The notes under the pieces are model-generated. The model was not told where the DNA came from and made no database searches. It worked only from the letters and a program-made list of their open reading frames with translations. The translations under genes were made by a program, and so were the position numbers. Below, one piece after another: positions 27,651 through 38,173 of a DNA stretch of 64,000 nt (position 1 is the stretch's first letter; each line of letters starts with the position of its first letter). Source of the stretch: a virus (taxonomy: Duplodnaviria; Caudoviricetes); IMG/VR virus record IMGVR_UViG_3300025168_016729, positions 637-64,636 of that record; one strand, given 5' to 3'.

Positions 27651-29446
27651 TATTTGATCACTCCGAAAATATCGCTGTTTGGAATAAGAACTTCTCCGAT
27701 GGCAAATTCTGGTATGATTAAAAACCTTCCATCATCAGAAAGATTTTTTTGAATGTCATAAATATAGTTACTATAAACACCACCAACCTTATTAGTAAAT
27801 TCTACGTTTAAGGTATCCGTGACGCCGGGAACATCATTAAGTATCTTATAAATTTCCGAAATATATAAGGCATCGCCGATATTTGGTTTAACGTTTAAGT
27901 ATTTGTCAATGATAGCCTGTATACAACTATCAACCAGAGCAAAACGATTAACATCCAGATCCGCTAGAACTTCAAAATTAATTCCCAAGTTAATTACTTT
28001 TCCGTCTAAAATATCTATTCGGTCGCTCAACATTCGGCGGGGCTCTAACCATTGTTGCAAATTAGTTTTTAATTCACTGTTAGGAGCAACCAAGTTGCCA
28101 CCATTTAGTTCTCCGAGAACATAAAGATTAAGGTTTCTTTGTAGTGAATCGCGATCTTGTACAACATTAACTCTTTTTATTTTTCCAAATTTAGAAGGCA
28201 TTCTATAACATAGATTAATATAATCCGCTCGGCTTACAGCGCGAGCCTGGGTAGCAAAAGTGGAGTAGGCTCTTCGGCGGATCTCTTCAGGTCCTGGCAT
28301 AGTGACATCACCAAGAATCGGGGTTTCATTATTCACTTCTACTGATGTTTCTACCGAAGTTACCAAACTTGCATCTAAACGACTAATATTTTTAAATCCA
28401 AAATTACTTGTAGATATATCGGTAAGAGTTCCTATTGGAGCATTAACATCAGATCTGGCATTAGCAGCATATACAATTGTCAAGGTTGTATTCGTAGGAA
28501 CCACACCAAATTTATCACTCTGTACCAAGTTGGACGGATCAAATGTTGTATCAGTAATATAATTTCTTCCCGTGACATTTAGTACCACATCCGAAGGGTC
28601 AGCGATGACATCACTAGTTAAATTTTCACTAGAGCCGTATCCAAATTGGATAAAGCCACGACCAAACTGGTCATACTCAGAGACAAAGCGACGAGGAGCG
28701 GGAATAGCTCGGAGTTTATAAGGAACTGCAATTTTAGTAGCTGAGTCATGATTAGGTACTTCTTGATACACAATATCTTGACTTAGATAGTCTACCTCAT
28801 AATATTCATTACCCTCTGCATCAGAAACAGAAATTACTTCAATAACATTAGACCTTTCTAATTCAACTTTTAAAAATCTTTCGTAATTTCCAACAGTAGT
28901 AACATCTATGAACCGTTCCCCGGACATTACCTTCCCCTGTCCTTTAATCGCGAATGAGGTGGGAACACCAGTTCCACTAGCAACCTTAGCCACGGTTATT
29001 TCATTTGAGGAATCTGCGAAATCTACACTTTCTATGAGAGTAAAGACAGCGCCGCCTTCAGAAGTTAATGCGGAACCTGCCTGAAGAATAGGAATATAAT
29101 CTAGATCCGGACCAAGTGTTGCGCTATCAACGGGAACTTCTATAAAAAATGTAGCTGTACCAGTTGAGCGTGCAGAGCCAGGGTACTTATAGCCCATCTG
29201 CTTAGAAATACTAATTATGTTTCTCTCTTCTAGTGCTGTGTCTAAGAAGTTTTCATTAGTTTGGTAGTCCATATAGAATGATAGCTGGTCTCCCACATAT
29301 GCCACCATATCTAACATCAGGGAGCCGAAGGAAGCCTCGTTAAAATCTTGGAACGTGGTGGGGTAATATCTCTTGGCATAGTTTACCAAGTCATTTCTTA
29401 TAGAACTGTATTCTCTGCTTGTGTAATTAATAGGTCGTTTGGCCAT
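27650..29446 (-). CDS. Baseplate wedge subunit (T4 gp6/baseplate J-like)
   Basis: INYTSREYSSIRNDL..Y...Y.....DF.EAS.G..LDMVAYVGD.LSFY.D; FLDTA; QFGYG; Q.RAVS..DY. Confidence 0.9.
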   Translation of the reverse strand: MAKRPINYTSREYSSIRNDLVNYAKRYYPTTFQDFNEASFGSLMLDMVAYVGDQLSFYMDYQTNENFLDTALEERNIISISKQMGYKYPGSARSTGTATFFIEVPVDSATLGPDLDYIPILQAGSALTSEGGAVFTLIESVDFADSSNEITVAKVASGTGVPTSFAIKGQGKVMSGERFIDVTTVGNYERFLKVELERSNVIEVISVSDAEGNEYYEVDYLSQDIVYQEVPNHDSATKIAVPYKLRAIPAPRRFVSEYDQFGRGFIQFGYGSSENLTSDVIADPSDVVLNVTGRNYITDTTFDPSNLVQSDKFGVVPTNTTLTIVYAANARSDVNAPIGTLTDISTSNFGFKNISRLDASLVTSVETSVEVNNETPILGDVTMPGPEEIRRRAYSTFATQARAVSRADYINLCYRMPSKFGKIKRVNVVQDRDSLQRNLNLYVLGELNGGNLVAPNSELKTNLQQWLEPRRMLSDRIDILDGKVINLGINFEVLADLDVNRFALVDSCIQAIIDKYLNVKPNIGDALYISEIYKILNDVPGVTDTLNVEFTNKVGGVYSNYIYDIQKNLSDDGRFLIIPEFAIGEVLIPNSDIFGVIK

Positions 29447-29469
29447 ACTTATATCCTATGATTAATCAA

Positions 29470-29877
29470 TTATAAATAGGTTTGTTCAGCAGTTATTTGT
29501 AGAGTATCTTCACTATCTACTCCTGGTAGTGTATATGAGATAGAAATAGACACTTCATTATAAGCTAAAGTTTCATTTTGATCGCTGGTTTGAAACAAGA
29601 TTTCATTGACAATAATAAAAGGCATATATCTCTGCTGTTGGTCCCTTATATTAGAAGATATGGTCTCAAAAGTAAGAGGATTTATTTGCTCAAAAAAATA
29701 CTGTCGGATACCTACTCCAAACTCGGGTATCATAACTCTTTCACCCGGCGATGTTAAAATTAAATTTTTAAAATTTTGCTTTATTGCTTGACCTATTGTT
29801 TTATTTAGGGCATAAGGCCCGTCAGAATTGCTGACCTTTAAAGGTAATTTAGGAGAAATTCCATAAAGATTACTCAT
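29470..29877 (-). CDS. Baseplate wedge subunit gp25-like
   Basis: IKQNFKNLILTSPGERVMIPEFGVGI..YFFE, the gp25/GPW motif. Confidence 0.92.
   Translation of the reverse strand: MSNLYGISPKLPLKVSNSDGPYALNKTIGQAIKQNFKNLILTSPGERVMIPEFGVGIRQYFFEQINPLTFETISSNIRDQQQRYMPFIIVNEILFQTSDQNETLAYNEVSISISYTLPGVDSEDTLQITAEQTYL
29472..29479 (-). promoter_or_regulatory. Putative late promoter CTATTTAT
   Basis: Overlaps the gp25 stop, upstream of an AGGA SD and the gp6-like ATG at 29446. Confidence 0.5.
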
Positions 29878-29886
29878 TTCGTTCTC

Positions 29887-32800
29887 CTAAAAAGTTTGAG
29901 GTATTGTACTAAGTAGAGGCACAGCCATAAACGATGGGTTTTTAAGTCTAATTAATTCATTATTGGCGTCGTAGGCTAATCCACTTAAACCTGTGTTATA
30001 TTGAGAATAGGTCTTAGATTGGTTTACTGTAGTGTCATATGATATAAGATATAAAGAAAGTAGCAATGGTCCTGGTAAGTAATAAGACCCGAGAGCATAG
30101 AAATCCTCCAATTCGTTAGTTCTTATGCGCCCCCAACGATTAGGTTCAGATCCTGGACCTTCTAATCCGCCCTCATAATGGTTAATCATTCTCCCCAGAA
30201 AAGCTGCTTGGGGGGGTGTTGCGTCTGCGACAAGAAGCTTAAACAACCTAAGAATGGTACGACTATAGGCTGAAAAGACATTTTGACTATTATTAGGAGG
30301 ATTTATATCTCTCCCGTCAGCATTATAATAATTAGCATCAAAACTCCATGCACTGTCGGTGACGGATATTACCCTAGGGGAATTAGAAAAACGACTAAAA
30401 ACTGATACCAGATATTTATAAACTACGTATTTTAACTTTCGGTCGTAAGAAGTATCATTTAGTATTGGCTGGTATCTTCCGGGAACTATTTCATTACTAT
30501 TTACATTCTCTCCCCACAACCAGTTCCATCGGCTTTCATCACCACCCCGGAAAATAACACGTCCGTCCGACAAATCTTCACTATAAAGAGAGAACAAAAC
30601 GTCTATATTGTCATGATAAATTTTATTGACATTAGATTCAACAGCACCCTTGGTTATTTTTCGGGATATGTAATCGGCTAAAAGATATAAAGAACTGGGG
30701 TTGTTGAGACCTGTATATACGCGGGTTAGCGGTATTACATTTAATAAAAACGGGGTTATATAAGATTGACAAGCAGCCAATAAAACACGACCAGTCTCAA
30801 CGTCTGTGCATTTTTCAGATGACTCGTTGAAGGCGGGAGCAAAAATTATCTTAGTTAATTCTTGTAGCTTTATTTGTGAATCTGATAGAAAATAACTAGA
30901 ACATAATTGCTCATATGTATTCTGTGATAAATTACTAACACTTACAAGATCACGGGTCACAGCAAGGTCACCCGGATTTCCATCGTTATCCCTCCAGGAA
31001 ACTTCTAGATACCTCTCAATTATCTGTCTAACCCGTGGCTCTGTTAGGCTAGGAACCCAATAGGATGCAGATTCTCCATCAGGAATAGGAAATTCTACCT
31101 GAGATACTTGTCCACGATTCCGATATATACGCTCGTCTTGTTTGACAGCCAGGTTTAACAGTTTAATATTTGGTGTTGTATCTGGATTTCTTAAATCCCT
31201 CAACGACACTGGAGAGTATTGTTCAGATATTATCTGATCGTCCTCAGGAAACACCCGGCTTTTAAATTTTTCACTTGGGGCTAAAACTATATTTGCTAAT
31301 GAATCACCTTCGTTCAACTCTTTGTATTTGGGCGCACTAGCATCACTCTGTAAAGACAGAGCATGATGAAGATATATATCTTTTAAAATACTGCATATAG
31401 ATCTATTTTCTGGTAGTCTACCAATAATATTCTGCCTATTTTCATGTGCAACAGGACCAGTTCTCATTTCCAGACCTGGTGTTGTAAACCACTCATGCCA
31501 AAGAACTGGCTCAAGGTGACCTAAGCCATTAGTAATTGTTAATCCGCCATTAAATAGATCTGATGGTATAGGTTGAGCATTTCCTTCGCCGCCATTAATT
31601 CCAACCAAGAACCTCTCACATGGTTCATAGGGAGTATTTGGCATCCTACGGAAAACACCCGTTTGTAAAAAGTCTTTTAATTTACTGAGGTTGTTACCTA
31701 ATTGAACTGGGTTTTGATCATAATTAGTATTTGCATAAATATTTAAAACTTCTCTCCAGTTCTGTAACGCCACAGGTATAGGGTCATTTCCAAAACCGTC
31801 GCGAGCTTCAAAATATCTTACTATTTTGTAAGCCTCTTTTATATCATCCAAAGGAGGCAGGGCTGGTATTTCTGTATATGATTGCCCTAATAATTCTACT
31901 GACCTATCCACAGTATAAACAAAGATATTTGCGGTATCGCCCGTATAATCTAGGGCTACAGTTGCCGGTTCGTATGATCTAGGAGATTTAAAAACCGTCT
32001 TTGCGGAGCCAGCGCAGAAAGGTTCCTCACAAACCAAAGAAGCCGCAGTCTCCATATTTCCTAAAGCTAGATCAGAATCTCTCATATCGTTCCATAGCAG
32101 ACTATTGGCAAACTCATCACACTCATTGCGATTAAGCCGAGAAGGACTTCTCTGGGACATAAAATCTGCCGATCCAAACCATTCAGCCGCTGCATCTTGA
32201 GCAGCGCGACTTTGTTCCGCCAACCACTTGAAAAAGTCTTTTAGGGACTGGGGGAAGCCAATACTTTGCCAGTACTCATTTAATTCGTTGATCCAACTTA
32301 AATCAAATGGGTCCACTCGGCACATATCGTCTAATCTATTTTTAGTATTTTGTATTTCAGAGGAAATTTGTGATTTTATTTGCATATCTGACAAATCACC
32401 GAACGGGGTTCCATCATCTGGATTAGGACAATAAGCTTCTTCGGGTGTTGGCTCCTCGGGCAATGCTATATTGTTGGTTTGTAAAGCAATCCCTATTTGT
32501 TGGAAATAATTTTTAATAGATTCAGGTGTAATACCCAAAACAGCATAACGTGTGTCGCGAGGTGCCAAGGATTCTTGGAAAAGATTTAAGATTATAGTCT
32601 CTTCTGTTGGTCCTATTCCGATTACATTGAAAATATCAACTAAATTTGTACCATAAAGGCGATTAGGTCGTTGCTGACCATAAGTTGCTAACTGAATTTG
32701 GGGATATGATTGTTCAAGTCCTACCGTATCTAAATCTCCATTGTTTACCATCTCCGAAATAACATCTAACAGTTCTCGCGAGGCTTCACCATTCAACAAA

Positions 32801-35343
32801 AAGCGAAATTCGGATGGAGTTAATATTTGTGAAACATCACTGTGAAATGATTCTAATTGTTCTATAGTGGGTGGGGATTCTTGAATATTTACTTGTGCCG
32901 GCAAGTTTAGAACCGTTGTATTAATAGTGACCGATTTATTAGATAAACCAATATCATTTGCTATTTGTACAACATCTACTCCCTGAATGTAATTATTAAT
33001 ATCTATCATGCCATACAAGCGAGTTCTCTGAGCAAGCTCATCTGCTGAACGTTTCGTTTCTTCCTCACTACATCCAAGCAATGCTTCAAAAAATTGAGCC
33101 AAAACACCTAGAAGCAATTGTTTAACAAGACGTGTGGCTAATTTTTCCAGTACTTTAAAAAACGCTGACCAATTGTTTTTTCTAAAGGGCGTTTTACTAA
33201 ATTCTATTCTTATAGGGGGGCTACCAGCCGTATTAGCTAATTTAGCTAGGTCAGGAGGAATATCACCTGGATTTAAATTAGCTGATAGTTCTGCCTGGAG
33301 AGAATCTAAACCAATTAGGCAACTTATTTCGTCATTAGCCCAATTTTCTAAAGCCTTAACCACAATAGAGGGGTTGCGTGCATAGCGATCTAATGAATTA
33401 GGGTCCCCTGGTAGCCCCAGTGTTTCAACTAAAAATTCTTGATCCCGAGGCCACAATTCAAACCCATTTTTTATGAGTTCGCCCTTTATATCATTAATGA
33501 TTTTTCTCTGTAGAGTTCTCCAGCTAGATTTACCATTAACAATTTCATAGATAACAACCAACTCTTTTACTGCGTTTCCTAAGCTAGTATCACAATTGCC
33601 GGCAGCCTTCTTTAAAGTGTTAAAAGCATCTTGCTTTAATATTTTCTTAGAAAGATCAGGATTTGTAGCTGGTGATGATGCGACTAGTTCATTCAAGGTT
33701 TCAAACAACTTGGGAGGCTCAGTACCCCCGATTGTCAACTCTTTAGCTAAATTATCTACAAGTGAGGGATTTATGCGAGGTGCAGGTACTGTATATTGTG
33801 ATAAAAACTCTGCCCAACTTGGCCAATCTACAGATTTATTTTGAGATGTACTTTCTAAAATATCTCTTAGATAAAATAAATATCCCAACGAACGGCTAGA
33901 TTGTGTAGAAAAAGCATTTGTAGACATTAAAAGATTTACTGCCTCACTCTGTTGCTCGGAGTCTGGATTGATTCTAGTGAATATTGTTTTACCTAAAAAC
34001 TTTGTATATATTGACCCATTGTAGACAATATAATTTATTTTCATATTATCATCTAGCCCCAAATCAAAACTGTCGTTTAGGGGATTATCTGTAGAAATTT
34101 TATTGAAATAAATAAATTCGTCCAAACTAGCCTCAAAGCTATTAATCCGGTCTATTTCGTTTTCAATTTTTAAGCCATCCAGACGGCCGTCATTAAGTTT
34201 TTGCATAGATAACAAATCTTCATAATGACGCAACGTATTAATTAAAGTAGGAATATTGCTCTGTAAATACTCTCGGGAATACACAGCATGTTTTGTTATA
34301 TTGTTTTGAACACCGTTTATTATTATTAGTGACTTTTGGTACGGTGAAATTTGCTCATTCTGTAAATCTATAGTAGAATCATCGCCCTGCAAAGAATCAA
34401 TAAAAGAACGGGAAATTTTTATAAGATAAAGCCAGCGGCTATCTGGTCTGTGATCTATGTAAGATAAAAATTCAATTTCATCATTAATATTGTTGACCCC
34501 AAGTTGTAAATTTTCAGGAGTATATTTTCCAGAAAACTGCAATATTCCCATTATTCCACGAGAAGTTGCAGTAGCAACATTAACAACAGATTCTTCTCTA
34601 CCAATATCGTAAGCCGCAGGGTCTACTACATTAGTGCGAGCGGCGTAGTAGTAATGACTATCAGCATAATTGTAATATATTTTAGGAGCGAATGTGCCTG
34701 GGGGGACATTTAGTATCCAATCGGACATATCTAAATCCCCATCATTTAAACTGGAAGGGTCATTTTCCATTTCAATGTGGGCTGATTGTATGGGATCCTC
34801 TATTGGTACCCCTAACCCAAATGATAAACGAATGGAATTTAAACGATCCTGGGACATGTCATAGGGAATTGATATAAGTTGTGCAACTTGTTGCTTAACT
34901 TGTTCTTCCTCCGTTCCCTCTCCTGTTAGGTCTCCTTGGTTCTGGGGTATTTGAGCCTCTGGTGAGGTGGGACTAATATATAAACTTATTAAATTATTTG
35001 CTCGGAGCGATGATGCAACCTCTTCTAATTTCCTGTGGGATTCATTTAAGGATATAAATTCTACTCTCTGCTCTTCAAAATTAAATTTTCCATTTTGAGG
35101 ATATAAAGATAAATAAGCTATAAGATCATCAGAAGTTATAGTGTTATTATTTTGAATCGGTCCACCGACTCGTAACTCTTTCCCAACATTAGGAAAAATT
35201 CCATAATTAATATAAGAGTCGTGTATTCCAGCGGTGACCCACTGGTTTCTTGCAGAATTAAAATCATAGTCTAATCCACCCCCAGGATTTTGTTCTTGAG
35301 GATAAGGGTTAACTATATTTTGTTGGTGTAACGATAAGCTCAT
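29887..35343 (-). CDS. Large hypothetical protein (1818 aa) between the gp25 and spike genes; probably virion-associated
   Basis: Long ORF with a helical-looking central region; assignment from context only. Confidence 0.45.
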   Translation of the reverse strand: MSLSLHQQNIVNPYPQEQNPGGGLDYDFNSARNQWVTAGIHDSYINYGIFPNVGKELRVGGPIQNNNTITSDDLIAYLSLYPQNGKFNFEEQRVEFISLNESHRKLEEVASSLRANNLISLYISPTSPEAQIPQNQGDLTGEGTEEEQVKQQVAQLISIPYDMSQDRLNSIRLSFGLGVPIEDPIQSAHIEMENDPSSLNDGDLDMSDWILNVPPGTFAPKIYYNYADSHYYYAARTNVVDPAAYDIGREESVVNVATATSRGIMGILQFSGKYTPENLQLGVNNINDEIEFLSYIDHRPDSRWLYLIKISRSFIDSLQGDDSTIDLQNEQISPYQKSLIIINGVQNNITKHAVYSREYLQSNIPTLINTLRHYEDLLSMQKLNDGRLDGLKIENEIDRINSFEASLDEFIYFNKISTDNPLNDSFDLGLDDNMKINYIVYNGSIYTKFLGKTIFTRINPDSEQQSEAVNLLMSTNAFSTQSSRSLGYLFYLRDILESTSQNKSVDWPSWAEFLSQYTVPAPRINPSLVDNLAKELTIGGTEPPKLFETLNELVASSPATNPDLSKKILKQDAFNTLKKAAGNCDTSLGNAVKELVVIYEIVNGKSSWRTLQRKIINDIKGELIKNGFELWPRDQEFLVETLGLPGDPNSLDRYARNPSIVVKALENWANDEISCLIGLDSLQAELSANLNPGDIPPDLAKLANTAGSPPIRIEFSKTPFRKNNWSAFFKVLEKLATRLVKQLLLGVLAQFFEALLGCSEEETKRSADELAQRTRLYGMIDINNYIQGVDVVQIANDIGLSNKSVTINTTVLNLPAQVNIQESPPTIEQLESFHSDVSQILTPSEFRFLLNGEASRELLDVISEMVNNGDLDTVGLEQSYPQIQLATYGQQRPNRLYGTNLVDIFNVIGIGPTEETIILNLFQESLAPRDTRYAVLGITPESIKNYFQQIGIALQTNNIALPEEPTPEEAYCPNPDDGTPFGDLSDMQIKSQISSEIQNTKNRLDDMCRVDPFDLSWINELNEYWQSIGFPQSLKDFFKWLAEQSRAAQDAAAEWFGSADFMSQRSPSRLNRNECDEFANSLLWNDMRDSDLALGNMETAASLVCEEPFCAGSAKTVFKSPRSYEPATVALDYTGDTANIFVYTVDRSVELLGQSYTEIPALPPLDDIKEAYKIVRYFEARDGFGNDPIPVALQNWREVLNIYANTNYDQNPVQLGNNLSKLKDFLQTGVFRRMPNTPYEPCERFLVGINGGEGNAQPIPSDLFNGGLTITNGLGHLEPVLWHEWFTTPGLEMRTGPVAHENRQNIIGRLPENRSICSILKDIYLHHALSLQSDASAPKYKELNEGDSLANIVLAPSEKFKSRVFPEDDQIISEQYSPVSLRDLRNPDTTPNIKLLNLAVKQDERIYRNRGQVSQVEFPIPDGESASYWVPSLTEPRVRQIIERYLEVSWRDNDGNPGDLAVTRDLVSVSNLSQNTYEQLCSSYFLSDSQIKLQELTKIIFAPAFNESSEKCTDVETGRVLLAACQSYITPFLLNVIPLTRVYTGLNNPSSLYLLADYISRKITKGAVESNVNKIYHDNIDVLFSLYSEDLSDGRVIFRGGDESRWNWLWGENVNSNEIVPGRYQPILNDTSYDRKLKYVVYKYLVSVFSRFSNSPRVISVTDSAWSFDANYYNADGRDINPPNNSQNVFSAYSRTILRLFKLLVADATPPQAAFLGRMINHYEGGLEGPGSEPNRWGRIRTNELEDFYALGSYYLPGPLLLSLYLISYDTTVNQSKTYSQYNTGLSGLAYDANNELIRLKNPSFMAVPLLSTIPQTF

Positions 35344-35350
35344 ATTTTAT

Positions 35351-36421
35351 TTAGTTCGTATTATTAAAGCTGCTATTAAAATAACCTCTACCATAAGGAT
35401 GAAGATGATTTAATTCCCAAGCCTTGACGTTTTTATCATATATGAAACTGTCCGCCATATCTAAAGCATATGCGGCAGCATTAACAGAATACTTTATAAG
35501 ACTAGCTCCCCCGTTAGGAGGAGTTGTTGGACCAGTAATACCTATGTGTATGTGGCTGGCATATTCTAAGTGATTTGCAATAATATTTATCAGCAAGCTT
35601 CTGCATGTAGAATTAAGATCACGTATCAATTCAGCCAATTCTTTAAGTCCTGCAACTAAATCGTGTCCTTTAACCATAGGATTTAGGGGGTTAAATTTGG
35701 TTTCATTTCCTGCTATTAAATCAATACCGGCGAATTGACCAGAAACATTTACTCCTTGCGAATTATAAGTATCTGTACTTGTTACCAGCTTAATACCCTC
35801 TCGCCCAATTAATCGTACACTGTCACCTTTAACAGCCACTGCCGAGCGGGCGTTGGGAGAACCAACTGTGCCGTCAGCAAGACCAAAGTTTTTATCTACA
35901 TCAGTTTTTTGAGAAACATAAACACGAGCAGCATCCAAATACATATTTTTATTAAATAAGACCTTTTCTCCAGTTTCGTTCACTTGACGAGCAAGAATAC
36001 CCCCCAGTCCCGCAACTATATCAATAGCTCCGGCATGACTATTGCCCTGCCCACCATAACCAGATTTAAGATCATATGGGCGATCGCGACCGATGATAAT
36101 ATTTCCCATCCCCTTTGAAATAAGTAATTCAGACTTACTTTGATTATACTCCGGACTGGGTTCAATAATATTTTCCTGATAAAAGCCACTATTAAAAAAT
36201 TCTGCCTGAAGCTCTCTTTGTCCAAGTATTTTACTAGTATCTTGTTGTGCTTTTCTTGATCTCCTGGCGTTATCGCTACCAGGTTTTATACTAATATCTC
36301 CCGCTGTTTGAGCGGCGGCATAAGTTTCCGAAGCGTGGGTCGCGAGGTCATGTGCCTCATAGCTATTAGACAATACGTTCCAAGCCGTTCCATTTGTAAT
36401 CCACCTAGGAATACTAACCAT
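35351..36421 (-). CDS. Baseplate central spike C-terminal part (gp5/gpV-like beta-helix + HxH apex)
   Basis: Repeating beta-strand pattern (IIIGRDR, IDIVAG, RVYVSQ, AVAVKGDSVRLIGREGIKL), then P.VKG..L...L..L and HIH...GPT.PP, typical of metal-binding spike tips. Confidence 0.65.
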   Translation of the reverse strand: MVSIPRWITNGTAWNVLSNSYEAHDLATHASETYAAAQTAGDISIKPGSDNARRSRKAQQDTSKILGQRELQAEFFNSGFYQENIIEPSPEYNQSKSELLISKGMGNIIIGRDRPYDLKSGYGGQGNSHAGAIDIVAGLGGILARQVNETGEKVLFNKNMYLDAARVYVSQKTDVDKNFGLADGTVGSPNARSAVAVKGDSVRLIGREGIKLVTSTDTYNSQGVNVSGQFAGIDLIAGNETKFNPLNPMVKGHDLVAGLKELAELIRDLNSTCRSLLINIIANHLEYASHIHIGITGPTTPPNGGASLIKYSVNAAAYALDMADSFIYDKNVKAWELNHLHPYGRGYFNSSFNNTN

Positions 36422-37852
36422 TTATGTGTCCCCTTTTTTCCACTTAGTTGCTAAAAAAGCTCTTGGATCCATTATATGTGCCATAGACTTTGCTCTTCTT
36501 CGTTTTCTTATTTCTAAATGAAGGTGAGGTCCAGTAGTGCCGCCAGCACCCAGAGAATCTTTAGCTCCACCTGATAATCCGATACAGGTTCCACGATCAA
36601 CCATATCTCCCTCTCTTACGAGAACCTGACTCATGTGGAAATAACAAGAATGGATAGACCGTGATCCCTTACCTCCATAGCCACTATGCTCAATAATAAT
36701 ATAAGATAAGTTCTTATTAGTGGGTATTCCCCCATTAGGAACGGCTGCCACAACCTTTCCAGGCAACACTGATAGAGTTGGAGTTCCTTGAGGACATGAT
36801 ATATCTTGCCCCATGTGAGGGCGGCTTAATTTTTGAAGCTTTCCGTTTTTTCTTACCGTGATCGTACGGTACGGATTAATTGGGGATGTTAAATTGGCTG
36901 GTGATATAGCAGAACGTGTATTCACATTATAAGCTCCATATACTAATGGCCACGCTGGATATTCAGCATTAGGGTCCTGTGACCCTGAAGGGACTGCCGA
37001 CGCAAATGCGGCTACATATTCTTCAAGGCTAGATACTTTTTTACAGTCCGGAAGATTAGTTGTTGAAGAAATAGAATCTTGATCTTCCTCTGTTATTTGT
37101 TGAGGATTATTTGTACCCGGTGATGCCCCATCATTTTGTGTTGTTCTTTCCACTGTAGATGTTCTATTTTGGAAAGAAGAATTTATTGTTTGAGGACTAT
37201 TCTGACCCACTGTGTTATCTTGATTAGGTAGGTCCGGCTTTTCATCTTGAGGTGCAGTTCCGGCTAACTCTAAAAATTTACATGCTGCTTGTCCTAGCAG
37301 CATTCGCCCTGACGCAGTATTAATGGCATTATTTTGAGCCCTGGCAGCATTTGCCTGTGGAGATCCATCTATTGGATTCTGTATAAAAGATATTATTTTT
37401 CCATTACCATATTCTTGAAATTTATTATTTTCATCTATAAAAGCTACACCAACAGTAGACCCAATTAAAGGTATCTCATCTAGTGGTCCCGCAAACGTGG
37501 GATACATCCTGATGATAGAGGGGTGAAAATTAAACTTAAAAGGATCAGGATACATACTGTGTAGTTCTGGAATAGCTGCACGAACAACAAACATATTAGA
37601 CTTATTAGAACCAAGGTTCCCAAAACTTAATATATTGGGGACGTTCCCCCTCTCTACATCTATAACTACAGCGTTATAAACATGATTATTATGCGCCTTT
37701 GTTTTGTACTGGTTTATAGTGGCCCGTTGTTGGCTATCTAAAAAAGTTGTCTTACCAGGAACATATTGAGGCTGTATCTTGCGACTTCCAGGATTGGTAC
37801 CTCTATTTTTATCAATTATAGATTGGATAGAATTCTTGTTTTTTGCCACCAA
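36422..37852 (-). CDS. Virion-associated M23 peptidoglycan endopeptidase with N-terminal gp5/gpV-like OB-fold
   Basis: M23 motifs H-x3-D (HMGQD), YFH and GPHLHLE; N-terminal AVVID...VRAAIPELH...P.IGSTVGVAF.D pattern. Confidence 0.8.
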   Translation of the reverse strand: MVAKNKNSIQSIIDKNRGTNPGSRKIQPQYVPGKTTFLDSQQRATINQYKTKAHNNHVYNAVVIDVERGNVPNILSFGNLGSNKSNMFVVRAAIPELHSMYPDPFKFNFHPSIIRMYPTFAGPLDEIPLIGSTVGVAFIDENNKFQEYGNGKIISFIQNPIDGSPQANAARAQNNAINTASGRMLLGQAACKFLELAGTAPQDEKPDLPNQDNTVGQNSPQTINSSFQNRTSTVERTTQNDGASPGTNNPQQITEEDQDSISSTTNLPDCKKVSSLEEYVAAFASAVPSGSQDPNAEYPAWPLVYGAYNVNTRSAISPANLTSPINPYRTITVRKNGKLQKLSRPHMGQDISCPQGTPTLSVLPGKVVAAVPNGGIPTNKNLSYIIIEHSGYGGKGSRSIHSCYFHMSQVLVREGDMVDRGTCIGLSGGAKDSLGAGGTTGPHLHLEIRKRRRAKSMAHIMDPRAFLATKWKKGDT

Positions 37853-38143
37853 TCAATCCTCTTTTATCAAATCAAACAACTCTTTCTTATCTTCATCGCT
37901 TAACGATTGAGCCTGAGAACTTGTTTCCTGTTTAAAAACTAGAGTGGCCAACTTAACCAATTGCTCGTTGCTTCTTTGTAGGGTTTCTACAAATTTTGCA
38001 GCAGTAGAACCAGAATCAGCGTACCGCTCTCGGGAAACATTCATATATTCCTTTAGTTGAGAAAGAAGATCCTCAGTTTCCTGACGGTCGTTGTTGATAT
38101 TTTCCAATGCTTGTTCAATAAGCGAGCCGAGATCTTTTTTCAT
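37853..38143 (-). CDS. Small coiled-coil hypothetical protein
   Basis: 96-aa ORF with a GAGG SD and a late-type motif upstream. Confidence 0.7.
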   Translation of the reverse strand: MKKDLGSLIEQALENINNDRQETEDLLSQLKEYMNVSRERYADSGSTAAKFVETLQRSNEQLVKLATLVFKQETSSQAQSLSDEDKKELFDLIKED

Positions 38144-38161
38144 TAGTTTGTGTCCTCAGTT

Positions 38162-38169
38162 GTAAATAG
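38162..38169 (-). promoter_or_regulatory. Putative late promoter CTATTTAC heading the spike/baseplate operon
   Basis: Intergenic, followed by a GAGG SD and the ATG at 38143. Confidence 0.55.
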
Positions 38170-38173
38170 GCAG

